From an uncultured Bacteroidota bacterium (GTDB lineage Bacteria > Bacteroidota > Ignavibacteria > UBA10030 > UBA6906), in contig CAVOYH010000002.1 in the NCBI GenBank assembly GCA_963700635.1, forward strand, positions 160,001 through 224,000: DNA of 64,000 nucleotides. Direction: 5' to 3'. Under the pieces are notes generated by a model. It saw only the letters and a list, made by a program, of their open reading frames with translations. It was not told the DNA's origin and made no database searches. Numbering within the stretch: position 1 is the stretch's first letter; the number at the start of each line of letters is the position of its first letter. Both the position numbers and the translations under genes were made by a program. This document shows, piece after piece, positions 60,265 through 64,000 of this stretch.

Positions 60265-60293
60265 TTGCTTCTCTGGGCTTTTTGTCGTATGTT
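60265..60293 (+). promoter_or_regulatory. Putative promoter TTGCTT-N17-TATGTT upstream of nuoJ
   Basis: ttgctt 60265-60270, tatgtt 60288-60293. Confidence 0.45.
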
Positions 60294-60337
60294 TCGGACT
60301 CCACGAAGGCTTCCACGTACATCGGACATCCGCTAAC

Positions 60338-60853
60338 GTGACAGCAGAACCACTTCTTTTTGTCTTTCTTGCCGCATTCGCGATAACGACTGCGATCTTG
60401 ATGATCATCCAGCGTAATCCCGTCATGAGTGCCATAAGCCTTATCGCCAATTTTTTCTCTCTGGCGGCTCTGTACCTTCTGCTCAGAGCCCAGCTTCTTG
60501 CGGTACTCCAGATCGCCGTGTACGCGGGTGCGATCATGGTGTTGGTGGTGTTTGTGATCATGTTGTTGAACCTCGGCGAAGAGGCGAAGTCCCAGAGACG
60601 GTTGAGTGTTGGTACGATCATTGGTGGGGTACTCGGGTTCGGAATGCTGCTCGAGCTGCTTTATCTGTTCGTGTTCACTCATTATACCGCTGAGCCCAAG
60701 GGATTGCATCCTGACGCCTTCATCATTGGAACTGCGGAGTCGATGGGACAAGCCCTCTACTCCCAGTATCTGTTTCCCCTGCAACTCATCGGGTTGCTGC
60801 TGCTGGCTGCCATCGTTGGGGCAGTGATTCTGGCGAAACGCCGCTTGACCTGA
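60338..60853 (+). CDS. nuoJ: NADH-quinone oxidoreductase subunit J
   Basis: RNPVMSA, QIAVYAGAIMVL..FVIMLLN. Confidence 0.95.
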   Translation: MTAEPLLFVFLAAFAITTAILMIIQRNPVMSAISLIANFFSLAALYLLLRAQLLAVLQIAVYAGAIMVLVVFVIMLLNLGEEAKSQRRLSVGTIIGGVLGFGMLLELLYLFVFTHYTAEPKGLHPDAFIIGTAESMGQALYSQYLFPLQLIGLLLLAAIVGAVILAKRRLT

Positions 60854-60862
60854 AAGAGAGCC

Positions 60863-61168
60863 ATGTCCGTCCCTCTCCCGTACTACCTCGCCCTCAGTGC
60901 CATTCTCTTTACGATTGGCGCCATCGGCGTGCTATCGCGCCGGAATGTTATCGTGGTTTTTATGTCGATAGAACTTATGCTCAATTCGGTCAATCTCACG
61001 CTCGTGTCCTTCTCTGCTTTCCTGGGTGACATCACCGGTCAGGCTCTTGTCTTTTTTGTGATGGCGGTGGCCGCTGCTGAAGCTGCGGTTGGCCTTGCGA
61101 TTGTCATTGCCGTCTACCGCAACAAACAAACCGTGCACATCGATGACATCAACATCCTGAAGTGGTAA
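60863..61168 (+). CDS. nuoK: NADH-quinone oxidoreductase subunit K
   Basis: [21 protein letters not shown]. Confidence 0.96.
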   Translation: MSVPLPYYLALSAILFTIGAIGVLSRRNVIVVFMSIELMLNSVNLTLVSFSAFLGDITGQALVFFVMAVAAAEAAVGLAIVIAVYRNKQTVHIDDINILKW

Positions 61169-63099
61169 TGGCCTACGAATTAGTTCCTCTCGCTGTGTTC
61201 CTGCCGCTTTTCGGATTCCTTGTTAACGGACTTCTCGGCAGGTATATCAAACGCGAAGCGTTCATAGGCACCATCGGCAGCACGATGGTGGGCGCCGGGT
61301 TTATTATCGGCATTGCAACATTGCTGGAGCTGCTGGATGCGCCCGCTGACGCGCGGACCCGGATCGTTGAACTCTTCCCCTGGATTACGGCGGGGGACCT
61401 TACCGTGAACGTCGCCTATCAGGTGGATCCTCTTTCAGTGGTCATGCTCCTGATCGTGACCGGCGTGGGGTTCCTTATCCATGTGTACGCGATCGGATAC
61501 ATGCATGGCGACCCGGGGTTCTGGAGGTTTTTTGCATACCTGAACCTGTTCATCTTCGCCATGCTGAATCTGGTGCTGGCGGACAACTTCGTTCTGTTGT
61601 TCCTCGGGTGGGAAGGCGTGGGTCTCTGTTCGTACCTTCTTATCGGATTCTGGTACGACCGGAAGTTCGAGAAGGGGACAACGGGCGATGCGGCAAAAAA
61701 GGCCTTCATCGTCAACCGTATCGGCGATGCCGGATTTCTTATCGGGATGTTCCTCATCTTCTCAACGTTCGGTTCGTTGCAGTTTCAGACAGTCTTCGCA
61801 CAGGCAGCAGGGTTCAGCGTCGGTACGCCGGTGATGCTGGCAATTACCCTTGCGTTGTTCGTCGGGGCCACGGGAAAATCCGCCCAGATTCCGCTCTTCG
61901 TGTGGCTCCCGGATGCCATGGCGGGTCCGACACCGGTCAGCGCACTCATCCATGCCGCAACGATGGTGACCGCCGGTGTGTACATGATTGCCCGCTGTTC
62001 GTTACTGTACGCGCTCGCTCCTGCCTCGCTGACGGTGGTGGCGGTCATCGGCGCTGGCACGGCTCTCTTCGCCGCCACGATCGGACTGGTGCAGAATGAC
62101 ATCAAAAAGGTGCTCGCATATTCCACCATCAGCCAGCTGGGATACATGTTTCTCGCCCTTGGAGTCGGGGCTTTTAGTGCGGGTATCTTTCACGTGATGA
62201 CGCATGCCTTCTTCAAGGCCCTGCTCTTTCTTGGCGCCGGGGCCGTCATCCATGCCATGCACGATGAACAGGACATCCAGCGGATGGGTGGTCTGAAAAA
62301 ACATCTTCCCGTCACCCACAAGACCTTCGTTCTTGCCGCGCTCGCCATCGCAGGGATCTTCCCGTTTTCCGGCTTCTTCAGCAAAGATGAAATTCTCTGG
62401 CGGGCCTTTTCCGGTGGGCATGGAGTATTATGGGCGATCGGCCTTGTCGGCGCATTTATGACGGCTTTCTACATGTTCCGGCTGGTCATTCTCACCTTCG
62501 AAGGCGAGAGCCGGTGGGCACAGGGGAAACACCCGCATGAAGCGCCGGCGACCATGACCGTTCCGCTCATCATTCTGGCGATCCTCTCCGTAGGCGGTGG
62601 CATTGTAGGTATTCCGCTCAGTCTGGGCGGAACGAATATGCTTGAACACTGGCTGGAGCCCGTGTTCTTACCTGCGATGGACAAGCTTGCCGCAGGCGTG
62701 CACGAGGATCACACCATGGAGTATATCCTTATGGTGGTGTCTGTCGGGGTTGCCCTGAGCGGAATCTGGCTGGCCTGGAGGTGGTATCTCCGGAATACGC
62801 AGGTCCCGGATTCCCTGGCCGCGCGCATCCCGCGTCTCTACCGTCTTGTCTGGAACAAATATTACATTGATGAGGTGTATGACGCGATTGTGGTTACACC
62901 CCTGTACAAGGGCTCTGAAAAACTCTTGTGGAAGGTGTTGGACGTCGGCATTATCGACTGGACGGTAAACTCCACCGCACGCGCGATCGGTCTGCTCGCT
63001 CGCACGGTTCGGGTCGTCCAGACAGGCACCGCACAAACATATGTTGTTGTTTTTCTCCTTGGCGTAGTGGCCATTCTCGGCTGGCTTCTTGCGCAATAA
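61168..63099 (+). CDS. nuoL: NADH-quinone oxidoreductase subunit L
   Basis: GWEGVGLCSYLLIGFW, GKSAQIPL.VWLPDAMAGPTPVSALIHAATMV, HAFFKALLFL. Confidence 0.97.
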   Translation: MAYELVPLAVFLPLFGFLVNGLLGRYIKREAFIGTIGSTMVGAGFIIGIATLLELLDAPADARTRIVELFPWITAGDLTVNVAYQVDPLSVVMLLIVTGVGFLIHVYAIGYMHGDPGFWRFFAYLNLFIFAMLNLVLADNFVLLFLGWEGVGLCSYLLIGFWYDRKFEKGTTGDAAKKAFIVNRIGDAGFLIGMFLIFSTFGSLQFQTVFAQAAGFSVGTPVMLAITLALFVGATGKSAQIPLFVWLPDAMAGPTPVSALIHAATMVTAGVYMIARCSLLYALAPASLTVVAVIGAGTALFAATIGLVQNDIKKVLAYSTISQLGYMFLALGVGAFSAGIFHVMTHAFFKALLFLGAGAVIHAMHDEQDIQRMGGLKKHLPVTHKTFVLAALAIAGIFPFSGFFSKDEILWRAFSGGHGVLWAIGLVGAFMTAFYMFRLVILTFEGESRWAQGKHPHEAPATMTVPLIILAILSVGGGIVGIPLSLGGTNMLEHWLEPVFLPAMDKLAAGVHEDHTMEYILMVVSVGVALSGIWLAWRWYLRNTQVPDSLAARIPRLYRLVWNKYYIDEVYDAIVVTPLYKGSEKLLWKVLDVGIIDWTVNSTARAIGLLARTVRVVQTGTAQTYVVVFLLGVVAILGWLLAQ

Positions 63100-63114
63100 T
63101 CACCCGGACGCTCG

Positions 63115-64000
63115 ATGATCTCACAGCACATTCTCAGCATCATTCTCGCGTTGCCGCTGCTCGGCGCGTGTGCCGTTTTGGTATTCCCGCGACACGCTGC
63201 TACCGCCATCAAAACAACGGGGCTCGTGTTCTCCGGCGCGGCCTTCATCCTGTCCGTCTGGCTCTTTATGGCCTTTGACGAAATTCAGCCGGCGATGCAG
63301 TTTGTTGAATACCTCGACTGGATCCCGTCACTGGATATCGGATACCATGTCGGCATCGATGGAATCTCACTTCTCCTTGTCGTGTTAACGACATTTCTCA
63401 CACCCATAGCGTTGCTGGCGTCCTGGGATTCGATCAAGGACCGGCTCAAGGGGTTCGTGGCATTGATGCTCCTGCTCGAGCTCGGCACGCTGGGCGTGTT
63501 TGTCTCGCTCGATCTTTTCCTGTTCTATGTGTTCTGGGAATTCATGCTCATCCCGATGTATTTTATCATCGGCATATGGGGTGGAACGGATCGTGTGTAC
63601 GCCGCGGTGAAGTTTTTCCTCTTTACGATGGCAGGAAGTCTTCTGATGCTTGTTGCCATCATCTGGCTCGGATACTATGCATCCACGCTGCCGGGCGGAC
63701 ATTTTACGACGAACCTCCTGACGTTGTATGACATGGCGCCGGGAATGCCGTTCGCAATTCAGTCCTGGATGTTTCTCGCCTTCACCCTGAGCTTTGCAAT
63801 CAAGATTCCCGTGTTTCCTCTGCACACCTGGCTTCCGGATGCTCACGTGCAGGCGCCCACGGCAGGGAGCGTTATCCTTGCCGGAGTCCTGCTGAAGATG
63901 GGGACATACGGCCTTCTGCGGTTTTCGATACCGCTCTTTCCCGCAGCAACGTTTGCCTATCTGCCGTACATTGCCATTCTTGCCGTGATCGGAATCATCT
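63115..64000 (+). CDS. nuoM: NADH-quinone oxidoreductase subunit M (3'-partial; absent from the ORF track)
   Basis: Manual translation from ATG 63115 (MISQHILSIILALPLLG...GIDGISL...FYVFWE...IPMYF.IGIWG...HTWLPDAH..APT); open to the window end. Confidence 0.95.
   Translation, partial: MISQHILSIILALPLLGACAVLVFPRHAATAIKTTGLVFSGAAFILSVWLFMAFDEIQPAMQFVEYLDWIPSLDIGYHVGIDGISLLLVVLTTFLTPIALLASWDSIKDRLKGFVALMLLLELGTLGVFVSLDLFLFYVFWEFMLIPMYFIIGIWGGTDRVYAAVKFFLFTMAGSLLMLVAIIWLGYYASTLPGGHFTTNLLTLYDMAPGMPFAIQSWMFLAFTLSFAIKIPVFPLHTWLPDAHVQAPTAGSVILAGVLLKMGTYGLLRFSIPLFPAATFAYLPYIAILAVIGII

Noticed and set aside
60258-60283. agccc-N12-gggct-tttt terminator-like hairpin
   Set aside because: Stem of only 5-6 bp with a long loop, overlapping a better-fitting promoter motif; too weak to call.

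Overview
Gene-dense, moderately GC-rich bacterial chromosome segment of about 60 CDS, almost all on the + strand. Gene content (SprA, PorX, a type-A T9SS C-terminal domain, BtuG-like lipoprotein) points to the Bacteroidota/Chlorobi/Ignavibacteria lineage; this is inferred, not database-confirmed. In order: (1) the end of sprA, then porX, tsaE, tsaB, accD, panC, a GlmU-N-like enzyme, a LytR_C protein, rsfS and argS. (2) A ~20 kb surface-polysaccharide cluster (rmlC, rmlB, SLBB exporter, Wzz-like, O-antigen ligase/polymerase, flippase, glycosyltransferases, priming transferase, Wzi, DegT aminotransferase). (3) accA, thioesterase, a Trm112-like peptide, nadC, a flippase, DUF1385, prfA, tadA and a nitroreductase. 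(4) An accessory block: a beta-propeller glycosidase-like lipoprotein, a ~1950 aa protein of 19 FN3-like repeats plus T9SS CTD coupled to a YjfB-like peptide, and, divergently, a cobalamin riboswitch controlling a BtuB-like receptor, a BtuG-like lipoprotein and an atypical metallophosphoesterase. (5) gltX, folB, folK, a deoxynucleoside kinase, GT9, nadA, asnS, an ABC exporter, and nuoJKLM (truncated by the window end). I saw no rRNA, tRNA, CRISPR array, transposase or integrase. The best novelty candidates are the B12-regulated phosphoesterase, the FN3 rod/YjfB pair, the histone-H1-like tail on RsfS and a GT2/pseudo-phosphoglycosyltransferase fusion. All functional calls come from visual motif recognition; no searches were run.
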